Part shown: piece after piece, positions 19,832 through 28,754 of the stretch
How positions within the stretch are numbered: the first letter of the stretch is position 1
How the letters are laid out: the number at the start of each line of letters is the position of its first letter
NCBI GenBank assembly: GCA_900755065.1
Contig: CAAEFC010000030.1
Span: 5,359-69,358 of the forward strand
Direction: 5' to 3'
DNA from: Bacilli bacterium
Lineage (GTDB): Bacteria; Bacillota_I; Bacilli_A; RFN20; CAG-449
DNA: 64,000 nucleotides
The notes under the pieces: generated by a model
Database searches by the model: none
What the model saw: the letters and a program-made list of their open reading frames with translations, nothing else
What the model was told of the DNA's origin: nothing
Made by a program: the position numbers and the translations under genes

Positions 19832-20881
19832 ATGAAATGGTTTATCGCTTGGTTCTTACCTTTCTGCATGCTGTTTTCTTCCGCCGAAGCGCCAGTTTCA
19901 ACGCCCTCTTCGGCGCGGAATTATATCGTTTACGATCCCAATTCTTCCGAAATTCTGGAAGGAAAGGACTATGAAGACGTCTATTCGGTCGCGTCGATCT
20001 CAAAGATCATGACGGCCGTACTGGCTCTGGAAAGTACATCGCTCTTTGAAATCGTCACCGTCGGCGACATCATCTATTCGATCGAAGGATCGTCGCTGTA
20101 TCTGGAAGTCGGCGATCGGATCACGCTCATCGATCTGGTTTACGGACTGCTTCTCAGAAGCGGCAACGATGCGGCGGTGCTGATCGCGGAAACCGTTTCG
20201 GGAAGCGTCGAAAAGTTCGTCGAATCGATGAACGCGAAAGCCGCGGAAATCGGAATGGAAGACACGGTTTTCCACAATCCCAGCGGTCTGGACATCTTCG
20301 ACGAGGGAAACCTTTCCACCTGTCTCGACATGGCGCGTTTAATGGCGTACTGTCTCGGCAACGAATTGTTCCGGGAAATCGTCGCGACGAAAAACTATCG
20401 TTCGCCTCTGAAAGGCAACTGGGCCAATAAGAACAAACTGCTTCAAACCTACGAATACTGCATCGGAGGAAAAACCGGGTATACCCGAAAAGCCCGAAGA
20501 ACCTTGGTCACCGCGGGGGAGAAGGACGGTCAGGAACTGATCGTGGTGACGTTTTCCTGCGGAAACGATTTTGAAGTGCATCGGAACCTGTACGAGCATT
20601 ACTTCAACGATTTTACCTATCTGGTCTTTCTGGAAAAAGGGGAGAACCGCATCGACGACTATTGCATTTATTCCGAAAAAGTCGTCGGAATGCGGTTGGA
20701 CAAGGCGGTGAAGAAAGGCGTCAAGATCTATTATCTCAACCCGATTCTGAACCGGCTTACGATCCGTTTCGTCGATGAAAAGGGCGAGGAATATACGCTG
20801 AACGCCGAATTTGAAATCTTTTATACCGGGTCGCGAGAAAGAATTTCCGTTTCCGTGCATAGAATTTACCGAACGATATGA
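19832..20881 (+). CDS. dacB: D-alanyl-D-alanine carboxypeptidase (S11 serine peptidase, DacB-like)
   Basis: Signal peptide plus SxxK (SISK), SxN (SGND) and KTG (KTGYT) motifs. Lies directly upstream of spmA, as in Bacillus dacB-spmA-spmB. Confidence 0.8.
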   Translation: MKWFIAWFLPFCMLFSSAEAPVSTPSSARNYIVYDPNSSEILEGKDYEDVYSVASISKIMTAVLALESTSLFEIVTVGDIIYSIEGSSLYLEVGDRITLIDLVYGLLLRSGNDAAVLIAETVSGSVEKFVESMNAKAAEIGMEDTVFHNPSGLDIFDEGNLSTCLDMARLMAYCLGNELFREIVATKNYRSPLKGNWANKNKLLQTYEYCIGGKTGYTRKARRTLVTAGEKDGQELIVVTFSCGNDFEVHRNLYEHYFNDFTYLVFLEKGENRIDDYCIYSEKVVGMRLDKAVKKGVKIYYLNPILNRLTIRFVDEKGEEYTLNAEFEIFYTGSRERISVSVHRIYRTI

Positions 20882-21468
20882 ATAAAATTTTTGTAGGAAT
20901 TATCAGCCTTTCCATTCTTTACGGGATTTTGACGGGAAGGTATCAGGAAATGGCTACCGCCGTGCTGGCGCTACCGCAGGACTGTCTTTCTTTGGTCTGT
21001 ACCTTGGTTTTTTCGGCGACGTTTTGGTCGGGCATCATGATGATCATGTACGATTCGGGACTCATCGAACAGATCGCATTGGCCCTGAATCCTCTTCTGA
21101 AACGGATCATGCCGAATCTGAACGATCAGGAAGCGAAGAACTACATCGCGATGAACATTTCGGCAAATATCTTTGAACTGGGATTCGCCGCGACGCCGGC
21201 CGGCTTGAAGGCGATGAAACGGCTCAAAGAGATTTCCACCGAGGAAGATCCGTCCGTAGCCAGCGACGAAATGGTCACCTTTCTGGTTCTGAATACCGCA
21301 GGCGTGACGATTCTTCCGACCACCGTGATGGCGATCCGGCAGAAATACGGCGCGGTCAACCCGGCGGATTTCCTGATTCTGGCTTTCGTGGGAACCTTGC
21401 TTTCCTGCGTCGGAGGGCTTTTTCTCGATTATCTGTTCCGTAAGGCGAGAAAGCGGAAAAAGCGATGA
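20878..21468 (+). CDS. spmA: Spore maturation protein A
   Basis: 196 aa, the same length as B. subtilis SpmA. Shared blocks: GFAATPAGLKAM versus GNAATPLGIKAM, TFLVLNTAGVTILPTTVMAIR, and a basic C-terminus. Confidence 0.85.
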   Translation: MNKIFVGIISLSILYGILTGRYQEMATAVLALPQDCLSLVCTLVFSATFWSGIMMIMYDSGLIEQIALALNPLLKRIMPNLNDQEAKNYIAMNISANIFELGFAATPAGLKAMKRLKEISTEEDPSVASDEMVTFLVLNTAGVTILPTTVMAIRQKYGAVNPADFLILAFVGTLLSCVGGLFLDYLFRKARKRKKR

Positions 21469-22109
21469 TTCTCATCGGCGTTGCCGTCCGGGAAGACGGA
21501 AACGATGCCCTTTTCGTGCGGAAAGGCTATCTCGATCTCCTGAAACGATACGGATTCGTTCCCGTGATCGTGCCTTATTCTGAACGGTTTCTTCTTGAAA
21601 AGTGCGACGGCTTTCTTCTTCCGGGCGGCAACGATGTGGACGCCGGCTATTACGGGGAGAAAAACGACGCACATCATCTTCCGGTCGATCCGGAAATCGA
21701 CCGGCTGGACTTCTGTCTTCTCCGCGAAGCGGTCGAAAACGGAAAGCCGATTATCGGAATCTGCCGCGGTTTGCAGGTCATCAATGTCTTTTTCGGAGGA
21801 ACGTTGATTCAGCACGCCGATCCGTCTTTTCACCCTTCCGGCGAGAACCGGGTTCTGCGCTTTGATCCGTCTTCGCCTTTTTTCAGGCAAATGGGAAAAG
21901 AAATCGAAATCAATTCCTATCATCATCAGATCATCGGCCGTCTGGGAGAAAACCTGATCGCGCACGGCGTGTCGGACGGCGCGGTCGAATTCATCACGCA
22001 TCGGCTTTATCCCGTGATCGGAGTTCAATATCATCCCGAGAAGCGCCCGGACGATCCGAACACTGAAATTCTGATGAGGGCGTATCGCGAACTTTTCGGG
22101 AAGAGATAA
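21465..22109 (+). CDS. Class-I glutamine amidotransferase-like gamma-glutamyl hydrolase (peptidase C26 family)
   Basis: Nucleophile elbow GICRGLQVINV and C-terminal QYHPE. ATGA overlap with spmA. Confidence 0.8.
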   Translation: MILIGVAVREDGNDALFVRKGYLDLLKRYGFVPVIVPYSERFLLEKCDGFLLPGGNDVDAGYYGEKNDAHHLPVDPEIDRLDFCLLREAVENGKPIIGICRGLQVINVFFGGTLIQHADPSFHPSGENRVLRFDPSSPFFRQMGKEIEINSYHHQIIGRLGENLIAHGVSDGAVEFITHRLYPVIGVQYHPEKRPDDPNTEILMRAYRELFGKR

Positions 22110-22174
22110 ACTTTCTTTCGCTTCGATTCACAAAGCCGATTTTTTCTGCTATACTGATCCGGTAGGGATCGGAT

Positions 22175-22666
22175 ATGAAAGTCGTCAGAAAGCAAAGAAA
22201 CAGTCGGATGTGCATCATCTGCGGATTGGATAATGAATACGGGGTTCAAGCATCGTTTTACGTAATGGAAGACGGAAGCGTGATGACGCGCTTTGCTTTC
22301 CGGGAACGGCATCAGTCTTATCCGGGCCGGGTACACGGGGGAATGATCACAGCGATGCTCGACGAGTTGGGGCTTCGTTCGCTGTGGATCGAAACGGACG
22401 ATATTTTCGGCGTTACGACCGGAATGACCACCAGATTCAAACGACCGGTTCCGTATGGCGTATCGTTGAAAGGAAAAGGGCAAATCATAAAGAACAGCCC
22501 GCTTTTCGTGGAAAGCAGGGCGGAAATCTACGACGAAGAAAACCGTCTTCTCGCTTCGGCGGAAATCCGTTACCTGAAAATGCCGGTCGAACGGATTCAG
22601 GAAGGCATTTCCTATCACGAAGAGATGTGTTACCTTGTCGAAGACGGCGTGAAGGAGATCGATTGA
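22175..22666 (+). CDS. PaaI/hotdog-fold thioesterase
   Basis: 163 aa. N-terminal CIICG motif followed by GRVHGGMITAMLDE, typical of PaaI-type thioesterases. Confidence 0.65.
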   Translation: MKVVRKQRNSRMCIICGLDNEYGVQASFYVMEDGSVMTRFAFRERHQSYPGRVHGGMITAMLDELGLRSLWIETDDIFGVTTGMTTRFKRPVPYGVSLKGKGQIIKNSPLFVESRAEIYDEENRLLASAEIRYLKMPVERIQEGISYHEEMCYLVEDGVKEID

Positions 22667-22667
22667 A

Positions 22668-23678
22668 GTGAATATGGCAAAGAAAACAGGGAAAGTCGTC
22701 GCCGCGGTTTTGATTTCCCTCGTCTGGCTGATTTTGATGGTGCTGACCGGGTTAAACTGCGCGAAGCGATTCATCTATGCGGAGTATTATTCTAATCGGA
22801 AAATCGTTGCGAAGATTCCCGATCTGAACAGGGGATTCGTGCCGCAGGGACTCGGATACAGCGAAGAAGAGAAACTGATTCTGCAATCGGGATATCTCGC
22901 GGGAAGCAATTGTTGCGTCATCTATCTGACCGATGAAGACGGAAAATCGACGAGAATCCGCGTCCTCGATCCGGACGGTGCGAATTACGTCGGTCATTTC
23001 GGCGGAATCGCCTGCTCCGGAGATTTCGTTTACGTCAGCGAAGACTATTGCACGGACGAAGTCGATCTCAGCAATCGGCTCTACGTTTTTTCTTTGCAGA
23101 AACTAATCGCCGCGTCCGAAGAGGGTACGATTACCATCGGGGATTATCTTTCGGTCGATGCGGAAGGGGCTTGCGTGAGTTGCAACGACGGTTACCTTTA
23201 CGTCGGAGAGTTTTACGATCCGGGAACGTATGAAACCGATCCGTCGCACGAAGTAACGACGCCGGGAGGAAAGACGCAGAACGCATTGATCTCAGCGTAT
23301 CCGTTAGATGAAACGAAACCGTTCGGTCTGGGCGAACTGGAATATCAGATATCCGTTCCGGGAAGAGTGCAGGGGTTCGCCAAAATCGGCGACGTCGCGG
23401 TCATCTCGACCTCCTGGGGACCTCTTTCGTCGCATATGGGGTATTACCGTGTCGGGGATACCGGAACGACTTCCGTTTCGTCGGGAAAAGAACTGCCGCT
23501 GTACTATATCGACGAAACGACCCGATTTAAAAATCTCTCCATGCCGGCGATGAGCGAAGGAATTTTCATTTCCGACGGACGGGTGAACGTCTATTTTGAA
23601 TCGGCCGGGAACAAATACGTCTTCGGCAAATTCTTCAATGCCTGTTACATCGTGAATCTTCCGTTTTTTCAATCCTGA
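22668..23678 (+). CDS. Membrane-anchored hypothetical protein (beta-rich ectodomain)
   Basis: 336 aa with one N-terminal TM (VVAAVLISLVWLILMVLTGL). No recognised motif. The start is GTG 22668 or ATG 22674. Confidence 0.45.
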   Translation: MNMAKKTGKVVAAVLISLVWLILMVLTGLNCAKRFIYAEYYSNRKIVAKIPDLNRGFVPQGLGYSEEEKLILQSGYLAGSNCCVIYLTDEDGKSTRIRVLDPDGANYVGHFGGIACSGDFVYVSEDYCTDEVDLSNRLYVFSLQKLIAASEEGTITIGDYLSVDAEGACVSCNDGYLYVGEFYDPGTYETDPSHEVTTPGGKTQNALISAYPLDETKPFGLGELEYQISVPGRVQGFAKIGDVAVISTSWGPLSSHMGYYRVGDTGTTSVSSGKELPLYYIDETTRFKNLSMPAMSEGIFISDGRVNVYFESAGNKYVFGKFFNACYIVNLPFFQS

Positions 23679-23718
23679 GCATTTCATAAAACTGCGCGGG
23701 CGGACATAGAATTCTACT

Positions 23719-24237
23719 ATGAACAACGTCAGCCTGATTTTCATTCCGCTTCTGATCCTCTTCGTTCTGTTTTACTCGCTGAAAAAGAAGAACAATGCGT
23801 ACGATTCTTTCATCAAGGGGACGAAAGAAGGACTAGGACTTTTCGTCGAAGTTTTTCCGTCGGTCTGCGCGATGCTTCTGGCCGTTACGCTTTTAAAAAC
23901 CTGCGGATTCATCGACGATGTCAAAGGAATCATGAGCCGGTATCTTCCTTACAGCAACGTCTTTTCGGATCTGGCTCCGATGATCATTTTCCGCCCGATT
24001 TCCGGAAGCGCGGCGGTCGCTATCCTCGATCAGATCTGTTCCAACGGGGGAGACACGTTTTCCTGCAAAGTGGCTTCCACCTTGCAGGGAAGCACGGATA
24101 CGACGATTTACGTTCTGAGCCTCTATTTCACCAGCGTGGGGATTACCAAGTGGAAACACGCTTTATCGGTCGGCCTTCTCGCCGATGCGATCGGGATTAT
24201 CTCCGGAATCGCGCTGGCATTTCTCTTTTTGAGATAG
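23719..24237 (+). CDS. spmB: Spore maturation protein B
   Basis: 172 aa. Blocks RPISGSAAVAI, LQGSTDTTIYVLSLYF and VGLLADAIG match B. subtilis SpmB. Confidence 0.85.
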   Translation: MNNVSLIFIPLLILFVLFYSLKKKNNAYDSFIKGTKEGLGLFVEVFPSVCAMLLAVTLLKTCGFIDDVKGIMSRYLPYSNVFSDLAPMIIFRPISGSAAVAILDQICSNGGDTFSCKVASTLQGSTDTTIYVLSLYFTSVGITKWKHALSVGLLADAIGIISGIALAFLFLR

Positions 24238-24328
24238 ATTTTTATTTTTATAAATTCCGTGCGAATTCTTTCCTTGAATCTTTTTTTATGGTAGAGTGAA
24301 TGAAAGCAAAAAAAGGAGGGTTAAAAAT

Positions 24329-25723
24329 ATGATTTCAAAAAAACTGGCGATCGAAGTCCTCAATATCGCCGCTTCGACCGGCGCGGATTTCGCCGAGATT
24401 TATCTGGAAGAGAATCGCTCGGCTTCGATTCTCGTCGACAACGGAAGAGTCGAAACCTGTCAGGACGATCTGACTTACGGCGCCGGCATCCGCCTTCTGA
24501 AAGGATTGCAGAGCGTGTATGGTTCGACCAACGACCTTTCGCGAAAAGGTCTCTGCCTTCTGGCGGAAGAACTCGCTTCTTCGTTCTCCGGCGATCGAAT
24601 CGTTTCGGTTGACGCGATCAGCAAAGTCAGGGTGGGCAAAAAGCATCGTCCGAGAATTCCGTATTCGGAATATCCGCGCGAAAAGATCGTGGAATTGCTG
24701 AAAGATGCGAGCAGAATCTGCCTGGATTACGACGCGCATATCGTCCGTAGCACGGCGGGATTCACCTATAACTACAAGGATGTCGAAATCTTCAACACGA
24801 GAGGAAAACAATTCAACGAAGTGCATTGCCGGGGACGGGCTTCGATCTATGCCTATGCGTCCAAAGACGGCGTGATGGAGTCGTTCGGAAGTGCGCCGGG
24901 CGCGCAGAAGGGAATGGAGTACTTCCTGGAAGAAGTCGATCTGAGAAAGGTCGCCTCGGAAGTCGCTCAAACCGTCGTTACGATGCTCGACGCGAAAGAC
25001 TGTCCGTCGGGAAAAATGGACGTCGTGATGGGAAACGGCTTCGGCGGAGTCATCTTCCACGAATCCTGCGGCCACGCTCTGGAAGCCAGCGCGGTTTCCA
25101 TCGGTCTTTCGGTGTTCGCCAACAAGAAAGGACAGCAGATCGCTTCTGAATTGGTATCCGCCGTAGACGACGGAACGATCGAAGGCGGCTGGGGATCCGG
25201 GAACATCGACGACGAAGGCAATCCGACTCAGCGGAATCTCCTGATCAAAAACGGCGTGCTGAATTCCTATCTGGTTGACGACTTCAACGGTCGGAGAATG
25301 AACGAAAAGGGAAACGGCGCCACGCGAAGGGAATCCTATGCGTTTGAACCGACGTCGAGAATGTCCAACACCTTCATTCTGGCCGGGAAATCGACGCCGG
25401 AAGAGATTATTCGGGCGACGAAATTCGGCCTTTACGCCAAATCGATGGGCGGCGGAAGCGTCAATCCGGCAACGGGCGAATTCAATTTCGCCGTCATCGA
25501 AGGATATATGATCGAAGACGGAAAAGTAACGTACCCGGTGAAAGGCGCGACTTTGATCGGATCGGGAAAAGAAGTCCTGATGAATATCGACATGGTCGGC
25601 AACGATCTCCTTCGCGCGCAGGGCATGTGCGGCGCTGCGAGCGGTTCGATTCCCGCGGATGTGGGACAGCCGACGATCCGCGTCAAGGATATCACCGTCG
25701 GCGGAAGTGGAGGTGCGATTTAA
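24329..25723 (+). CDS. tldD: TldD-type metalloprotease
   Basis: HESCGHALE zinc motif and C-terminal GMCGAASGSIP. Start set at ATG 24329, behind AAAGGAGGG. Confidence 0.85.
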   Translation: MISKKLAIEVLNIAASTGADFAEIYLEENRSASILVDNGRVETCQDDLTYGAGIRLLKGLQSVYGSTNDLSRKGLCLLAEELASSFSGDRIVSVDAISKVRVGKKHRPRIPYSEYPREKIVELLKDASRICLDYDAHIVRSTAGFTYNYKDVEIFNTRGKQFNEVHCRGRASIYAYASKDGVMESFGSAPGAQKGMEYFLEEVDLRKVASEVAQTVVTMLDAKDCPSGKMDVVMGNGFGGVIFHESCGHALEASAVSIGLSVFANKKGQQIASELVSAVDDGTIEGGWGSGNIDDEGNPTQRNLLIKNGVLNSYLVDDFNGRRMNEKGNGATRRESYAFEPTSRMSNTFILAGKSTPEEIIRATKFGLYAKSMGGGSVNPATGEFNFAVIEGYMIEDGKVTYPVKGATLIGSGKEVLMNIDMVGNDLLRAQGMCGAASGSIPADVGQPTIRVKDITVGGSGGAI

Positions 25724-27045
25724 TGAACTACAATCTGTTTTTTGAAAAAGCCTCGGAAGAAGGCATCGACGCTCTGGAAATATCCATCGTCAAATCCAAA
25801 AAACTTTCGTTCGGATTTTTCCGAAACGAAATCCAGTCCTATACCGTTTCGGATAGTTTCAAACTTTCCGCGCGGGGGATTTATCAGGGAAAACTCGGTT
25901 CGGCGACCAGCGAAAAAATCGACGCGTCGACCATCGGGTTCCTGATTTCCGCGATCAAAGAAAACGCAACGCTCATCACCAGCGAAGACAAACCGTTTAT
26001 TTTCGCGGGAAGCAAGAAGTACAGCCGGAAGAACGTGTACAGCAAGAAACTCGACGCGATGGCTTCTTCGGATAAGATCGCCCTGATCAAGAAACTCGAC
26101 GCGGCGGTCAAGGCCAAGGACGAACGGGTCGTCGAAGTCGAAACCCAATACCAGGAAGAAAGCGAAGAATACGTTCTGATGAATTCGTTCGGACTTCGTC
26201 TGAAATCGAAGACCAACTACGCGGTGGTGTATTCCAGCGCGGTGGCCAACGACGAAAACGGCGAAACCAAAAACGGCTACGAGTTGAAAATCCTCAGCGA
26301 TCTCGAAGACCTCGACATCGACGAGTTCGCTTCCAAAGCGGTGAAAAAGACGCTGGATCAATTCAATTCGGGACCTTGCTCCTCCGGCGCATATCCGTGC
26401 GTTTTCAATCCGGAAACGACCGCGGATTTGCTGAGTTTCTTTATTCACAGCCTGTCCAGTAAAGAGGTGCAGCGAAATACCTCTCTTCTGAAAGGAAAAC
26501 TTCATCAGCAGGTCTGTTCCAAAAAACTGACGATCAGCGAATTGCCGTTGACGAAAAACGTATTCTGCCGTTATTTCGACGATGAAGGCGTCGCCACTTA
26601 CAACAAGACGTTGATCAAAAAAGGCGTTCTGGAAACATATCTGTACAATCTGTCGACCGCGGATAAAGACGGCGTGGAGACGACGGGAAACGGCTACCGC
26701 AGTCGCGGTTCGATGGGAATCAGAGCCGTCAACGTGGCAATCAAGCCGGGAAACAAGAGCGAGGAAGCCTTGATTTCCAACGTGAAAGAGGGCGTTTACA
26801 TCAATAGTTTAGGCGGACTGCACGCCGGAATGAATGCGAATTCGGGGAATTTCTCCCTGATCGCGCAGGGATTCATGATTCGGAACGGCAAACTCGCGGA
26901 ACCGCTTTCGCTCATCACGGTCGCCGGAAATCTCTTCGATCTCTTCATGAACGTGACCGACGTCGCCGACAACGCGGAATTGCAGACGAATTCCTATTCC
27001 GTTCCTTCGGTTTTAGTCAAGTCGATACAGGTTTCGGGAAAATAA
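25723..27045 (+). CDS. pmbA: PmbA/TldE-type protease partner
   Basis: TldD/PmbA family C-terminus (SGNFSLIAQGFMIRNGKL). Its ATG overlaps the tldD stop (TAATG). Confidence 0.8.
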   Translation: MNYNLFFEKASEEGIDALEISIVKSKKLSFGFFRNEIQSYTVSDSFKLSARGIYQGKLGSATSEKIDASTIGFLISAIKENATLITSEDKPFIFAGSKKYSRKNVYSKKLDAMASSDKIALIKKLDAAVKAKDERVVEVETQYQEESEEYVLMNSFGLRLKSKTNYAVVYSSAVANDENGETKNGYELKILSDLEDLDIDEFASKAVKKTLDQFNSGPCSSGAYPCVFNPETTADLLSFFIHSLSSKEVQRNTSLLKGKLHQQVCSKKLTISELPLTKNVFCRYFDDEGVATYNKTLIKKGVLETYLYNLSTADKDGVETTGNGYRSRGSMGIRAVNVAIKPGNKSEEALISNVKEGVYINSLGGLHAGMNANSGNFSLIAQGFMIRNGKLAEPLSLITVAGNLFDLFMNVTDVADNAELQTNSYSVPSVLVKSIQVSGK

Positions 27046-27062
27046 AAAAAAGTCCGGTTCAG
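27044..27062. repeat. Left half of a split terminator-like inverted repeat (A-run + GTCCGGT + TCAG)
   Basis: AAAAAAAAGTCCGGTTCAG lies immediately after the pmbA stop. Its exact reverse-complement partner is at 27961-27980. Confidence 0.6.
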
Positions 27063-27115
27063 TTACCGTAGTTCCCATAGGGGATTTTCGGTAAGCCGTA
27101 GGAAGTCGAAAATTT

Positions 27116-27146
27116 AAGCGTGGCATGAAGCTGCGCTTTTTGTTTT
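27116..27146 (+). terminator. Hairpin plus T-run inside the cassette, the functional terminator now seen by pmbA
   Basis: AAGCGTGGC-ATGAA-GCTGCGCTT (9 bp including 2 G-U pairs) followed by TTTTGTTTT. Confidence 0.45.
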
Positions 27147-27279
27147 ACCTTCTTCGTGTGGATGAATTAGGTTACTTGTAGCCTAGTGAGAATATGGATA
27201 TCGTATAATTTTTCTTGTTTTTTCGCTTCCAATATGTTCTAATGGTTGTACGATAAATAGTAATTTGTCGGAGAAAAAC

Positions 27280-27828
27280 ATGATTGAGACAAATAAGGAA
27301 AAAAAGAAACTTTGCGATAAAATACTAAATGAGTGCGGTTTATTTGACGAACTTAAAAAGATAGGCGTTCCCCACGTTATCGGCAGTTACCGCATGGATA
27401 TGATGGTGAATAACGACCTTGATATCGATGTGGAAAACGATGAAATGTCGCTGGAAAAATTATATAAATTGACTGCGTTTGTCCTCAAAACTTTTCGTCC
27501 TATTTGGTATGAAGCAAAGCAGGAGGTTAATGCTGAGGGGAATACGGTTTGGTTTCATGGTTTTGAATTTCAAATCGAGGACGAATTGTTTAATGTTGAT
27601 GTTTGGTTCTTTAACCGGGATGCGATTGCGAAAGCTGTGGACTATTGCGATAAGATAGCGGGTCAATCAACTGCGGAACAGAAAGCAGTCGTTATCTCTC
27701 TTAAACGCGAGCTTATCAACCGCGGTTTATATCGGTTTGATAAGTATACAAGTATGCACGTTTACGAGGCTGTACTTGAAAAGCACATTACGGATATAGA
27801 AGCATTACTAAACTTCTATCGGTTATAA
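27280..27828 (+). CDS. Nucleotidyltransferase-fold (MNT-like) hypothetical protein
   Basis: IGSYRMDMMVNNDLDIDV fits the minimal NTase pattern hG[GS]x9-13Dh[DE]h. ATG 27280 is preceded by GGAG. The gene is AT-rich relative to its flanks. Confidence 0.4.
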   Translation: MIETNKEKKKLCDKILNECGLFDELKKIGVPHVIGSYRMDMMVNNDLDIDVENDEMSLEKLYKLTAFVLKTFRPIWYEAKQEVNAEGNTVWFHGFEFQIEDELFNVDVWFFNRDAIAKAVDYCDKIAGQSTAEQKAVVISLKRELINRGLYRFDKYTSMHVYEAVLEKHITDIEALLNFYRL

Positions 27829-27960
27829 GTTAAATTCCAATTTATCTAAATATACTGCTTATGTATAAGTAAAAGCCCTCGGATAATTTGTCCGAGAGCT
27901 TTTGTCGTTGCAGATAATCATGACTCTATAAAATATTAATTCCCTATGGGAAACGCGCTT

Positions 27961-27980
27961 TCAGACCGGACTTTTTCTTT
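27961..27980. repeat. Right half of the split terminator-like inverted repeat (TCAG + ACCGGAC + T-run)
   Basis: TCAGACCGGACTTTTTCTTT. ACCGGAC is the exact reverse complement of GTCCGGT at 27052-27058. It overlaps the last codons and stop of the minus-strand gene. Confidence 0.6.
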
Positions 27981-28659
27981 TGTCTGCGCTTCGGACGGCG
28001 TACAGCGCGATGAGGTACTGACTCGGAAGATAGAAGAGCCACATCAGGTTGCCGGAGATATCCATGAGCGCGTTCTGCACGTTTGCGGGAAGCGAAAAGT
28101 AGTTTCCCAGATTGAACAGACCGACGTTGATATCGCAAGCCAGAAACAACAGCCAGCCGAGCAAAAGAATCCGATTGTTCTGATTTTTCGGACAGAAAAA
28201 AGCGAGAACGACGATGTTCGCCAGAAGGCAAAGCAGATAACTGCCCGAAAGAATGACTTCCCATTCGCCGGTGATTCCGCCTGCAATCGGCACGACGATA
28301 TAGAGAGCAAGACGGAGAAGCGCGTGAATCCGGAAGAAGCGGATTTCTTTTTGCAAACCCAGAAAGTACAGATTCTGCACGAGGTTGAAACTGATCAGCC
28401 CGATCCAATAAAAATCGTCGATCAGAAGAAGAAAAGTGTCGGCGACGAGCGTGAAGAGCAATCCGAGCGCGAAAAAAACGGAAATGCGACGGACGATCAG
28501 GGCGTCGAGAGTCACGTAGATCAGAAGCAGGACGATGCCGGCGTATTTCAGACAGACGGTCGGAGATTCGAAGAAGAAATCCAGAATCAGAAAAGACGCG
28601 TACAGGCAGAATTCCAGTGCCGTCCATGCGGCGAATAAGGCGATCCGGGCTTTTTTCAT
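27961..28659 (-). CDS. YhhN-like (lysoplasmalogenase family) integral membrane protein
   Basis: 232 aa with about 7-8 TM spans. Has two Asp-containing TM motifs (FTLVADTFLL and LFLACDINVGL) similar to the YhhN repeat. Confidence 0.45.
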   Translation of the reverse strand: MKKARIALFAAWTALEFCLYASFLILDFFFESPTVCLKYAGIVLLLIYVTLDALIVRRISVFFALGLLFTLVADTFLLLIDDFYWIGLISFNLVQNLYFLGLQKEIRFFRIHALLRLALYIVVPIAGGITGEWEVILSGSYLLCLLANIVVLAFFCPKNQNNRILLLGWLLFLACDINVGLFNLGNYFSLPANVQNALMDISGNLMWLFYLPSQYLIALYAVRSADKRKSPV

Positions 28660-28754
28660 GCCCTTATTATACGTAAAAAGCGGAAAATTGAAAATAGGAA
28701 TAGATAATTTATCGATTTTCGGTATAATGATAGATGATTTTGAGAGGAAAAAAT

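Larger units (their letters stand above)
27063..27960. mobile_element. Putative ~0.9 kb AT-rich inserted cassette carrying one nucleotidyltransferase-fold gene (no transposase)
   Basis: Bounded by the two halves of a hairpin and by a TTCAG direct repeat (27058-27062 and 27960-27964). Has subterminal inverted repeats TTCCCATAGGGgATT (27072-27086) and AATtCCCTATGGGAA (27938-27952). Confidence 0.4.

Noticed and set aside
27944-28638. Two about 230-aa ORFs overlapping the YhhN-like gene (27946-28638 + and 27944-28627 -)
   Set aside because: The 27961-28659 minus-strand frame gives a coherent polytopic membrane protein. The alternatives are hydrophilic low-complexity shadows.
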